A stretch of 55,312 nucleotides of DNA, counting the filler, from Stramenopiles sp. TOSAG23-3 (taxonomy: Eukaryota): the NCBI GenBank assembly GCA_900128585.1. It is 4 parts of 4 records of this genome, joined end to end, with 100 filler letters (N's around TTAATTAATTAA, not from the genome) between each part and the next. Parts side by side here need not be neighbours in the genome. Positions count along the whole stretch, not along the records: positions 1 to 25,477 come from LT642288.1; positions 25,578 to 51,017 come from LT642289.1; 2 more parts are not named here. One strand, given 5' to 3'. Positions 20,709-30,546 of this stretch are shown piece by piece (positions within the stretch are counted from its first letter, which is position 1; each line of letters opens with the position of its first letter). A model generated the notes under the pieces. That model was not told the DNA's origin. It saw only the letters and a program-made list of their open reading frames with translations, and did not search any database. The position numbers were made by a program, and so were the translations under genes.

Positions 20709-22304
20709 ATGGTTGGAAAGGAGAATGCGGACGACTCAGGGTCGCAGCCGGAAAACCAGTGGGCTGAAAAAGTGAACAGGCCGAAGCTCATTGCGAAAGA
20801 TGTAAATCGCACTTGTCAACGGTGGGGCCTGCTGTTCCCCATTTGCATTGCTCTTTTAATGGGGTACTCTTATCTGAGGGTTATCGAGCATTTGCCTGAG
20901 GAAAGCCCCGAGTTGCACGTATTTTTGGAGATGCTCGCCGCGCTGTGGACGCACGTGCTTTGGTTCTGTAGCGTTGTGTACCCCATTCTCACGGTCTTCC
21001 TGTACTGCAAAAATATTGGGCGTGAATGGCTGATTCCAACGGCAACGGCACAGGCCTGCGCTGTATTTTTGTGCTGGAACACGCATTTGGTGTCGTACAC
21101 TACGTTCAACTGCGTGTTCGCGGCGTCTGGGAACTTTTCGTCGTATTCGGGCATTCTCAGCGAGTATTTTCTCTTTGTTGTGTTCGTTCCGTCCCCCACG
21201 TGCGTCTTGACGGCGACCGGCAAACACCTGGCACGACGGTACGGCAACCGGTGCTACAAGAGAGACGAGAAGATCGACACGGCCGTTATGTCATTTCTCT
21301 TCACATTTCCCCTGGCGGTGGGATACCTGGTGCACCGGTACTATTTTGCCATCGAACGAATGCCCTCCATTGCTGCCAACACGCTCCTGTGGTGGACATA
21401 CTTTTTCTCAACGTACCCCGGCTCTCCGCAAGACAACGGGTCTCGGCAGAGAACTGTTATGATAAATGGGTGGAGAAGAGTGTGGAACCTTGCGCAAGGT
21501 TACCTTTCGTTAAAGGTAATTTTAGACGACGAAGAGGCCAGGCTAAAGGGCAACGGGAAATCTGCGACCCCTGCCGATATCATCGGCTACGATCCGGAGG
21601 GTAAAGAAAACGGCTGCCTTTTTGGGTTTCACCCCCACGGGATCATCCCGTACACAGCCGGCCTCATGTACCTTCATCCTCGCTTTCAAGAGCTATTGCC
21701 GGGCGTGCTGCCGCATTACATGACAGATAGTTTTATTCATAGCGTCCCTGGTATTCGAGACGGTTCCCAGATGCTCGGGGCGCGAGAAGTCTCAAGGGCC
21801 AATGTAAAGGATGCGCTATCCTCAGGCTTGTGCACGATGATTGTTCCCGGGGGGCAAGTGGAAATCTTCACAACGAAGTCGTACGGGAAAAACGTAATTC
21901 TTACCCGCAAGCACAAAGGGTTCATTCGCATGGCGATCCAGTACGGTGCCTCTCTCGTGCCGATACTGTCGATGGGAGAGTGGATATTGATGGACAATGT
22001 CGAGCTTTCGTTCCTGCAGAAGTGGTCCCGGGCCTTCCTCGGCTTTCCCGTCCCCTTCATTCCCTACGGGGCGTTCATAGCAATCCCCCGGCGTTGTCCC
22101 ATCACTATCATCATTGGAAAGCCCATCAAGCTTCCAAAGCCCAAGTCCGCGGACTTTGTCCCGTCCCAGAAAGAGGTCGAAAAAGTCCACGAGCAATATT
22201 TTAATCAGCTGCGCGACATGTTTGAACGAAACAAAGTTGCCTGCGGATTTCCTCGCCATTCCCTGGTTTTTGACGATGAAATTACGGATAAAAAGCAGAA
22301 GTAA
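20709..22304 (+). CDS. DGAT2/MOGAT-family acyltransferase with extended multi-pass N-terminus
   Basis: FGFHPHGIIP, IVPGGQVE, RKHKGFIRMAIQYGASLVPILSMGE, IIIGKPI, VEKVHEQY; about 230 N-terminal residues with several hydrophobic segments. Confidence 0.9.
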   Translation: MVGKENADDSGSQPENQWAEKVNRPKLIAKDVNRTCQRWGLLFPICIALLMGYSYLRVIEHLPEESPELHVFLEMLAALWTHVLWFCSVVYPILTVFLYCKNIGREWLIPTATAQACAVFLCWNTHLVSYTTFNCVFAASGNFSSYSGILSEYFLFVVFVPSPTCVLTATGKHLARRYGNRCYKRDEKIDTAVMSFLFTFPLAVGYLVHRYYFAIERMPSIAANTLLWWTYFFSTYPGSPQDNGSRQRTVMINGWRRVWNLAQGYLSLKVILDDEEARLKGNGKSATPADIIGYDPEGKENGCLFGFHPHGIIPYTAGLMYLHPRFQELLPGVLPHYMTDSFIHSVPGIRDGSQMLGAREVSRANVKDALSSGLCTMIVPGGQVEIFTTKSYGKNVILTRKHKGFIRMAIQYGASLVPILSMGEWILMDNVELSFLQKWSRAFLGFPVPFIPYGAFIAIPRRCPITIIIGKPIKLPKPKSADFVPSQKEVEKVHEQYFNQLRDMFERNKVACGFPRHSLVFDDEITDKKQK

Positions 22305-23063
22305 AATATCTTCAAAAATTAGATAGATAAAAAATATATATTTTTTTCTTCTTATTTTTTTCTTGTTCTTCTTCTTCCTCCTCCAAAAAAGAGAAGAAGC
22401 TAGCATAAACACAGCATCAAAATAAAACCTTCATCCTTTTTTTTTTTCCTTCTTCTTCTCCTCCATCCAATAATAAAAAATAAAAAAAAAGAAGGTAATA
22501 AAATAGTCGTCTAACATAACTAGTCGTCTATGTATTATTTTGGCATCTTCTTCTTTTCTTCCTATTTAAAAACTGAAAAAATCGTACTTGTAATATTAAC
22601 CTATATAAATGCGTAGAGTGAAAATAAACTAAACCAATCTTTGTGAAATAAAAAAACACTTCTGTGCTAATTCTATGTAAATAGTTAAAAATCACCCTAT
22701 GGTGTGTTCCTGTACTGATATTTCCTTTTTTTAGGAGGTGTGATGGTGTGATAAATCAACTTTGCACCGATCGATTGTGAAAAAAGTACAGGTACAATAA
22801 TAAAAATATCTCTTTCTTTTATTTAGTAGGAATTTAGTAGTCGTCTATAATCTCTTCTTCTCTCTTTTTGTAAGTTTATATTTCTAATCTATATATTCGT
22901 ATTTAAATATTGATGGGACGGTTAGAGAAATGGAAGAAAACCGTTTTCATTGTATTTGTGGTTTAATTTTCTCCTTCTTCTTCAATTCACCGTTTTAAAA
23001 CAAAGGGTTTTATTTGTTGTCGCGTACGGTTTATACACAACACACATACTAGTATTTTTTGTT

Positions 23064-25217
23064 ATGGCAGCTGCAGCAGCGGCGGCAGCTATGGCTCGGC
23101 AGGAAGCATCGAAGCTTTCAATATCGGAGCTTAAGGAAAAGCTTAGGGCAGGAAACGTTGACACTTCTGGGTGTTTTGAAAAGACTGATCTAATTAATCT
23201 CTACGTGAGAACGGTCGGGAGGACAAAGTTCGAGCCGGAAGTGAACAACCGGCCACGCGCACGACCGCCGCCGCAGCAGCCGCCTCGGGCAAGTCCGAAT
23301 CAGCCGCGCCGCCCAATGTACGACGAGTACTACAACTCACGGTCTTCCTCCAGGTTACCGTCGTTTTCGTGGCAAAACGCCCTTATGGTCGTGTTTCTGG
23401 CCATGTATGTATACAAGAACTACTTTCAAGCGGGCGCGGACTCGGAGTTTGGCGAAGTCGAGTACGACGGGAAAGGCAGTTCGGCGTACACGGACGGAGT
23501 CGTCATGGAGGTAGGCACACACGATCATTTCAAACAAATACTGCAACAGCACAAGGACGACACTGGCCTTCCGGTCGTTGTCGACTTTTTCAGTCACAGC
23601 TGCGGGCCTTGCCGCATGATCGCACCAGCGTACAAGCGGTTGGCCCACGAGATGAAGGGGGAGGCCGTTTTTTTAAAGATCGACGTGAACCGCAACTATG
23701 AGACGAGCCGTGCTTGCTTCATCTCGTCGATGCCCACCTTTCAGTTTTACTTGAATGGGAAGAAGCGCGGGGAGTTCTCCGGGGCAAACTCCCACGAGCT
23801 GCAGCGCCGTAGTCGTCAACTCGCCGACGAAGCAAAGCAGATTGGGGTGTACGTCGACAAAGAAGTGACCAAGGAGTCGCTGGAAAAATTTTACAAGGAC
23901 GCCGGGGACGAGAGCAAGGCAGAGACTAGCGGCGCGCTGGCGGAGAAGTATAGCAAGAAGACGGCAAAGCTCATGCGCATGCTGAAAAAGAAGTACGGCA
24001 AGCAGCCCGAAGTCACGGGCCGCGCGCAGGGCGAGCCGACCGCCACGAGCGTCGACGCCGATGACATCGACGGCGGGTTCGAGGGCGACACGATGGAGCC
24101 TCGGATGTCCGGAAATACCGCTTCGGTGAAGGGCGTCCGATTTGACATCACCGCGATTCCGCAAAGGATGCTCATGGACGAGGTTGCACGTCGAAGAGAG
24201 GAGCGGGAAGCGGACGAAGAGACCTTGTTCAGCGCCCTAACGATTTTGAAACCAGTGGAACGAGTGATCATCGTAGGGGGGGGCCCCGCGGGACTTTCAG
24301 CGGCCGTGTACGCGTCCCGCGCCGGCCTTGAACCGGTAGTGATCGCACCGTCGTTTGGCGGCCAGCTCTTGGGAAAGGGTGTCGATGTTGAGAACTACCC
24401 GGGCGTCGTCGGGCACGACGCTACTGGCCGGGGCCTTGTCCAGATGATGCGGCGCCAGGCCCATCGGTTCGGGACGCGACTGGTGAACGAAGCTGTGGTT
24501 GGTCTGAAGCGCTCAGGAAGAAAGGGAAACTTTGAGCTGATTTTGAACGACACAAAGCGCTCCTCGGTCTTTGGCGAAAGCGTGGTCATCGCGACTGGAG
24601 CGAGTAGCCGCTGGTTGGGCGTGAAGGGAGAGTTCGAGCTTCGAGGCACGGGTGTTTCCTCGTGCGCGACCTGCGATGGGTTTTTGTACCTCGGCCAGCC
24701 TGTAGTGGTTGTCGGTGGGGGCGACACTGCCATGGAGGATGCCCTGGTGCTCGCCCGTACCAGTTCCAAGGTAACCATCGTGCACCGCCGGGATGATTTT
24801 CACCGCGCATCTTTCGTTTTGTCCGAAAAGGTTAAGAAGAACAGCAAGATCAACATACTGTGGAACTCAGTGGTGAAAGAGTTTGTCAGTGAAGTCCAAG
24901 CGGAATCTGGGAAGAACGTGTTGACAAAGGTCCGCATTGAAACTACATCTGGTGGGGACGGTGGCACAGTAGTGGCAGGGGGAGTGGACTGCAAAGGGGC
25001 TTTCGTTGCAATTGGCCACGACCCGAATACCAAATTTTTGAAGGATCTATTGGAAATGGACAGCAACGGGTATTTGGAAACGCATGGCACGAAAACCTCT
25101 GTCGAAGGCATTTTTGCCGCTGGCGACGTTGCCGATCACGTGTATCGCCAGGCAATCACATCGGCTGGCAGTGGCGCGATGGCGGCACTGGATGTTGAGA
25201 AGTATTTAAGTGCCTGA
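23064..25217 (+). CDS. Fusion protein: SAP/HeH-like domain - TM - thioredoxin - low-MW NADPH thioredoxin reductase
   Basis: ISELKEKLRAGNVDTSGCFEKTDLINL; TM ALMVVFLAMYVY; Trx VVVDFFSHSCGPCRMIAP...SMPTFQFY; NTR IVGGGPAG, VENYPG, GVSSCATCDG, VVGGGDTAMEDA, HRRD, FAAGDVADHVYRQAITSAGSG. Confidence 0.92.
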   Translation: MAAAAAAAAMARQEASKLSISELKEKLRAGNVDTSGCFEKTDLINLYVRTVGRTKFEPEVNNRPRARPPPQQPPRASPNQPRRPMYDEYYNSRSSSRLPSFSWQNALMVVFLAMYVYKNYFQAGADSEFGEVEYDGKGSSAYTDGVVMEVGTHDHFKQILQQHKDDTGLPVVVDFFSHSCGPCRMIAPAYKRLAHEMKGEAVFLKIDVNRNYETSRACFISSMPTFQFYLNGKKRGEFSGANSHELQRRSRQLADEAKQIGVYVDKEVTKESLEKFYKDAGDESKAETSGALAEKYSKKTAKLMRMLKKKYGKQPEVTGRAQGEPTATSVDADDIDGGFEGDTMEPRMSGNTASVKGVRFDITAIPQRMLMDEVARRREEREADEETLFSALTILKPVERVIIVGGGPAGLSAAVYASRAGLEPVVIAPSFGGQLLGKGVDVENYPGVVGHDATGRGLVQMMRRQAHRFGTRLVNEAVVGLKRSGRKGNFELILNDTKRSSVFGESVVIATGASSRWLGVKGEFELRGTGVSSCATCDGFLYLGQPVVVVGGGDTAMEDALVLARTSSKVTIVHRRDDFHRASFVLSEKVKKNSKINILWNSVVKEFVSEVQAESGKNVLTKVRIETTSGGDGGTVVAGGVDCKGAFVAIGHDPNTKFLKDLLEMDSNGYLETHGTKTSVEGIFAAGDVADHVYRQAITSAGSGAMAALDVEKYLSA

Positions 25218-25477
25218 GACAGCCGAGAAAAAGGAGGCGAGGGGGTAGCTGCTGGAAGCCATCTGGAAAGAGAAAGAAAGCTACACAGAATGAGAGTCTA
25301 CGACTCACGCCGCAAGTCGCAAAGCCAATGCGAACGACCAGAGGCATTCTGGACTATTGCAGGCTTCGTGAAGACATTGACAAGGCAACCATTCGAGAAA
25401 TACGGTTTCGCTTGGAACCCTATACCTTTTGTTTAAAAGAGATGTGGTGCCTTGGCCTAAAGCAGAATTGTTTGGCA

Positions 25478-25577
25478 NNNNNNNNNNNNNNNNNNNNNNN
25501 NNNNNNNNNNNNNNNNNNNNNTTAATTAATTAANNNNNNNNNNNNNNNNNNNNNNNNNNNNNNNNNNNNNNNNNNNN
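25478..25577. other. Artificial contig linker (N44-TTAATTAATTAA-N44)
   Basis: 100-nt spacer carrying stops in all six frames; identical spacers at 51018-51117 and 53166-53265. Confidence 0.97.
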
Positions 25578-25802
25578 ATATCTTACTTCTACTATTTATA
25601 CTTGGTCCCATCAGTCGTTACTATGTTAAAATTAACTTCATTGTATTATAATCCCTACCTGGTACTGCAATGAACTTGAAACTTTTAAATTTGTATTTGT
25701 TTGTTCGATTACACAGGCAAGTTGAATTGCAATGCCTTCTTCTTGATATACTTTAGTCGATTGTTTTATTTTTATTTTGTATACGTCTTATACACATACG
25801 GC

Positions 25803-27527
25803 ATGGCGACACGTTTGTACTATGGCTCGAAAACGTACGACCTTCGGATCGACTTCAACTACAGTTCTCGGGTGGTTCGGGCGCAGATCGAGAACCTGAC
25901 TGGCGTTCCGTCTGGGAAACAGCGTGTTGTTCTGGACAGTAAAACCGTGTGGAGGGAAACGGTCGAGCCGGGTCCAGGGGATCTCCGCCGATTCTTTGAA
26001 GGGGGCGAGTCTGGCACGCCCCGGAGCGCGGTGCTGCTTAGGGTCCCCGACGACGAGGGGGAGCAAGATCCGGCCAAGTTGCCGGTGCTGAACGCCCTGC
26101 GGCAGTTAGCGTTCAGGCAGGACGAACAGTCCCTGGCGTTCAGCACAACGGCCCAGTCGTTCAACATGCAAAACATGCAGAGCATGATGTCTCGAATTCA
26201 GGGAAACGCAAAGCAGGTAATGATCTACGAAGACGCGGACGTCCAAGCCGAGGCCCTGGCCGTCATCCCGGTGGTTCAGCTGCACGAGCGGGCGATGACG
26301 AGCGAGGACCCGCGCTCCTCGTTTTCCGACGAACTACTGAAGCAGCTTTTGAGATGGTTCAAACACGAATTCTTCAGCTGGACGAACCAGCCTAAGTGCC
26401 ACGCCTGCTCTGGCTCGACGACGTATGCGGGCGGCTCCCAGCCGACCGCGGAGGAGCAGCGCGGCCACGCAGGGCGCGTGGAGGTGTACACCTGCACCGC
26501 GTGCAACGCCACGACACGGTTTCCCCGGTACAACCACCCAGGAAAATTGCTCCAAACGCGCACGGGGCGGTGTGGGGAGTGGGCGAACTGTTTCACGCTT
26601 TGCTGCCGTTCCATGGGTCTGGAGGCCCGCCTTGCTAGCGATTGGACGGACCACGTCTGGACGGAAGTCTACAGCGAATCGCTGGGGCGCTGGCTTCACT
26701 GCGATTCGTGCGAAAACGCGATGGACGCCCCGCTCATGTACGAGAGCGGTTGGGGGAAAAAGCTCACTTACGTCATCAGCTGCGCAAGGGATGAAGTCGT
26801 CGACGTGACCTGGAGGTACACGAAGAAGAAGGAGGAGGTGCTGGGCCGAAGGAACCTCGTCTCCGAGGGGTGGCTCCAGAGCGCCGTCACGGCCCTGGAC
26901 CGAAAGCAAAGGATAGGGCGGAAGGTTGTGAACGCGACCAGGGCTGCCGCGATCGAGAGCCGGCGAAAGGTAGAAATGAAGCAGCTTGCCGACGGGCCAG
27001 ATGCCCTTGACAGGAACAAAGAGGCCGAGAACTGTGGGAGGATCTCCGGGAGTGTGGTCTGGCGGAGGTCGAGGAACGAGCTGGGCAGTGGGGCCGCACA
27101 GGAAAACGCTTTGAGGGGAAGGCCTGGAACGAGTGGCGATGGGGAAGGTGCAGGCACAGGCAGAGGCACACCGCCAGCCGTCACAGCGGCCAAGCGGGTG
27201 CACCGGGTGGCAGTTCGCGCAGGTGCACTGATCGACCAGATCACCTTCTATGCGGTGGGCGGCAAAGTTTTGTGCCAGGAAGGCGGAAATGGTGGAAGTG
27301 CTTGCGACGATTTGGTGTTGCATTCAGGCGAACACATTGTAAAAATTATTCAGAAATACGGAAACTCTTTGGACAGTGTTACGTTTATTACAAGCACGGG
27401 GCGGTCGAAGCGGTATGGCGGGGACGGGGGATCGGAAACGAAGGAGTTTTCTTCCAAAGAGGGCGAAATGATTGTTGGACTCTCCCGAAAGCAAGATGGG
27501 TTTTGTCCCATCATTGAGAAGGTCGAA
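25803..27527 (+). CDS. NGLY1: Cytosolic peptide:N-glycanase with N-terminal Ubl-like and C-terminal jacalin-like domains (3' end runs into a gap)
   Basis: LLRWFKHEFFSW; Zn pairs CHAC/CTAC; RFPRYNHPGKLLQTRTGRCGEWANCF, DHVWTEVYS, WLHCDSCE (C-H-D triad), YESGWGKKLTY, VVDVTWRY, GRISGS. Confidence 0.93.
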
Positions 27528-27805
27528 NNNNNNNNNNNNNNNNNNNNNNNNNNNNNNNNNNNNNNNNNNNNNNNNNNNNNNNNNNNNNNNNNNNNNNNNN
27601 NNNNNNNNNNNNNNNNNNNNNNNNNNNNNNNNNNNNNNNNTAATTAAAATTAATGTACTGCGAACTGAAATCTAGATTTAGACATTCTAGGTTTGCATTC
27701 CTTCATGAACTCTCTTTTTTAAAGATAATTTTTGTACTCTTTTAAGCTCTTTACTCTTATAGTTGAGAATCTGTACGATAAATGGGGAAATTACAGAACC
27801 AGAAC

Positions 27806-29986
27806 TCAAGCAAAATCCTCCACAAATTGCTTGATTGCTTCCAATGGGACCGGGCACGGGTCTTCTTTCAGAAACTCTTTGGGTAAATGTTCGGCTTCAA
27901 GCAAGACGCTGAGCATGCCCACGAACGATTTGAAGTAACCGTTTACTTCCAAAATCCTCTCGGCCCTTGTGACCGCAACGTACCACAAGTTGAAGACTTC
28001 ATCGTTCATGGGCTTGGCTTTGTAGTCCTCCCCGGTTTTCAAAGCATTGTTGTATCCCGTGATGTCGACCAGTGGAGAAAAATCGTTTGCAAGGCGGACT
28101 TTCTTAAACTCTAACCCTTTGGACTGGTGCACAGTACTGAAGCGGTACTTTGCCAACTGCCACGGAACAGTATCCGCAAGCAATTTAAGCATCAAGCCTG
28201 CAAACGATTCTGTGGCAGCCCCCCACCCTTCGACCCACGAGATCAACATCAGCAGTGTCTGGTCTCTGGCATCTTCGGCCCACTTGTTCAGGGCTTCGAA
28301 TGACGACCGGAATCGGGCCAAAACCTTGTCCCCTCCAAAGGGCTTGTTCTCCTTTAATTTTTGGATCCGAATGGCTCGCTCCATCCAACCCTTCATTTTC
28401 TTTATCGAATTTTTGCCCACGACTCCAATCTTCAAGTCTCGCAAATCAACGGCGCGAAAGTCAATTTTCTCCAGGCTGTCTTCGTCGCCTAGGCCATTCA
28501 ATTCTTTCAAATGCTTCGTTACGATGTCGACCATTGTATCGATCAAACCTTTATTTGTTCTTCCAATGATTGTGCAGGGGTAATTGTCTCTCTCCGTCCC
28601 CGTTGAACTGTCCACGGCGCCCGTCGACGGAGAAGGCGGAGTGGGCTGGGAGCGCTGAGTCCCGGTTCCTTTCCCCTTGCTTCCTTGGTACCGGACAAGA
28701 CCGTGCACGGGCACATTCGTTTCCCAGTTTTTTTTGCCCCCCAGAAGGTTCATTTTGACCGGCTTTCCAAACTTACCGCCCTTCCCTTTGGTGACTATGT
28801 GGATGACGCAACGCTTCCACCACAAAATCAAATTAGCTGCACGCTCGATGTTTTGGCCGAAACGAAACGAAGTTTGGAGCTTGAACATGTTCGTCAAAGT
28901 TGAGCGCACGCGCTCCAACGCGTGATCTGAGCCTCGAAACTGGTAGATCGACTGATGAGGATCGCCAATCAAGAAACGTGCTGCATCGTGCTGGTCCCGC
29001 ACCAACGCGGACTGGCACTCACTCACATCTTGCGCCTCGTCAAGAAGCACAATCTCAAACAGTTTGCCCATTTTTCTATGGACAAACTGGGCCCCATTCA
29101 ACTGGGCGCACTTCAAGTAAATGTCGTGCTTGATCGGCAGCCTCGTATCTTTGATGTTGGCACAAACCTTGAAACAATTATGTGCCCACTCTACGTATGG
29201 GTACATCGCGCTCTTCGCCTCGTCGTGCCATTGTACGGCTTTGGCAGGGATGTGCTCGAGCAGAGGCTCGTGGCCTGCCGATTGACAAAACTTTTCCATC
29301 GTAGACCAAACAAAATAGCCAATGGAAGTGTAGTCTTCCGCCATCACCCCTTCGGCTTCGAAGCCCACAATTGGACCGAGGTCTTCAAACCTGTCAAAAT
29401 TATCGTTTGAAATAGCAATATTTTCTCCTGCATGCTGAAGACGAAACCACTGCAACGCCAAAGAGTGCAGTGTCATGCACTCAACGTGCGGCCCGAACCG
29501 CTTGGACGCGTCCAGCTGTGCCTCTTTGTTGAACGCGCAGTAGAGCACGGCCTTGTCTTTGTGCTGGTTGGATAAGTCGACCAGCGTCGTCGTTTTCCCT
29601 GTTCCCGCCCCGGCAATGATGGCAGCAAAGACCGAAGGGTCTGTACTGCAGCTAATAACAACTTGCTGCTCGGCTGTTGGCTGCCTCGTTGGCTGTCTCG
29701 GTGCCCGCGCAGCACATTCTTGACTGGGAAGTCTTCGCACTTGCGGCACGTTGGCGTCGTTGGCCCTCGGTAACCACGGATCAAATGGGCTCATATCACC
29801 ACCATAATCCAGCGCATACCACTTTTTCCTCCCAAAGTCGAACATCCCCCCTAATTTTTTGCACTCTTCCTTCTCTGCATACGGACAATTCAGGTACACG
29901 CGTGGAGCCGTCGATGGCGAAACCGAGTTCCTTCCCTTCACCCGAGCCTTTTTCTTCGGTGACCTGTAACCGGGTTCCTCGGCCAT
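27806..29986 (-). CDS. UvrD-like (SF1A) DNA helicase, FBH1-like core, with N-terminal DUF5710-like domain
   Basis: AGAGTGKTTTL, AFNK, TLHSLA, LLDEAQD, IGDPHQSIYQFRG, LQTSFRFG, STVHQSKGLEF, NLWYVAVTRA; N-terminal RVYLNCPYAEKEECKKLGGMFDFGRKKWY. Confidence 0.88.
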   Translation of the reverse strand: MAEEPGYRSPKKKARVKGRNSVSPSTAPRVYLNCPYAEKEECKKLGGMFDFGRKKWYALDYGGDMSPFDPWLPRANDANVPQVRRLPSQECAARAPRQPTRQPTAEQQVVISCSTDPSVFAAIIAGAGTGKTTTLVDLSNQHKDKAVLYCAFNKEAQLDASKRFGPHVECMTLHSLALQWFRLQHAGENIAISNDNFDRFEDLGPIVGFEAEGVMAEDYTSIGYFVWSTMEKFCQSAGHEPLLEHIPAKAVQWHDEAKSAMYPYVEWAHNCFKVCANIKDTRLPIKHDIYLKCAQLNGAQFVHRKMGKLFEIVLLDEAQDVSECQSALVRDQHDAARFLIGDPHQSIYQFRGSDHALERVRSTLTNMFKLQTSFRFGQNIERAANLILWWKRCVIHIVTKGKGGKFGKPVKMNLLGGKKNWETNVPVHGLVRYQGSKGKGTGTQRSQPTPPSPSTGAVDSSTGTERDNYPCTIIGRTNKGLIDTMVDIVTKHLKELNGLGDEDSLEKIDFRAVDLRDLKIGVVGKNSIKKMKGWMERAIRIQKLKENKPFGGDKVLARFRSSFEALNKWAEDARDQTLLMLISWVEGWGAATESFAGLMLKLLADTVPWQLAKYRFSTVHQSKGLEFKKVRLANDFSPLVDITGYNNALKTGEDYKAKPMNDEVFNLWYVAVTRAERILEVNGYFKSFVGMLSVLLEAEHLPKEFLKEDPCPVPLEAIKQFVEDFA

Positions 29987-30546
29987 TTTTTTGGACAAAA
30001 TAAAAAATACTTTAGAAAACTATATTAACAACAAAGACTAAACAGTACAAATATCATCCTATTCAAATAAAACAATGAATCTGCCTTCGTTTTCTTCCGT
30101 TCATAATATTTTTTTACACATTGTATTGTTGAAAATGTATAGTGTCTATTTAGTTAGAATGAAAACTTTCGCAGTTTATCTTCCCGTCGTCGTCGGTAGT
30201 ATAATACCATGCTTATTACAAGATACAAGATAACCACAAAGGGACAGCACAGGATGTGAACTTCACAAGAAGAAAAAAAGAAGAACCCGCGAAAGTACCA
30301 GGAGCTCAAGAGAATTTTAGTATATTAATTATACATACTATTTTTAATATTTCTTACCTATAAAAAAACGAACAATTCTTTTTCGATTTCTTCTTCTTTT
30401 CTTCTTTTCTTCTTTTCTTCTTTTCATTATTATTTTAATATTTCTATGAAAGCTTAAAAATATGGTGGAGGGTCGTCTATTCCTCATTACATTTATTTGT
30501 TTTTTGTCTTACTCACTATGTTGTCTTTGTATACTATTTTTTTGCA

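Noticed and set aside
25478-25577. TTAATTAATTAA palindrome between N runs (also 51018-51117 and 53166-53265)
   Set aside because: Artificial six-frame-stop linker used to concatenate contigs.
26334-27323. Long antisense ORFs (this 329-aa one, also 40930-41853, 16826-17536, 47903-48601)
   Set aside because: Shadow frames of GC-rich real genes, with no recognisable domains.
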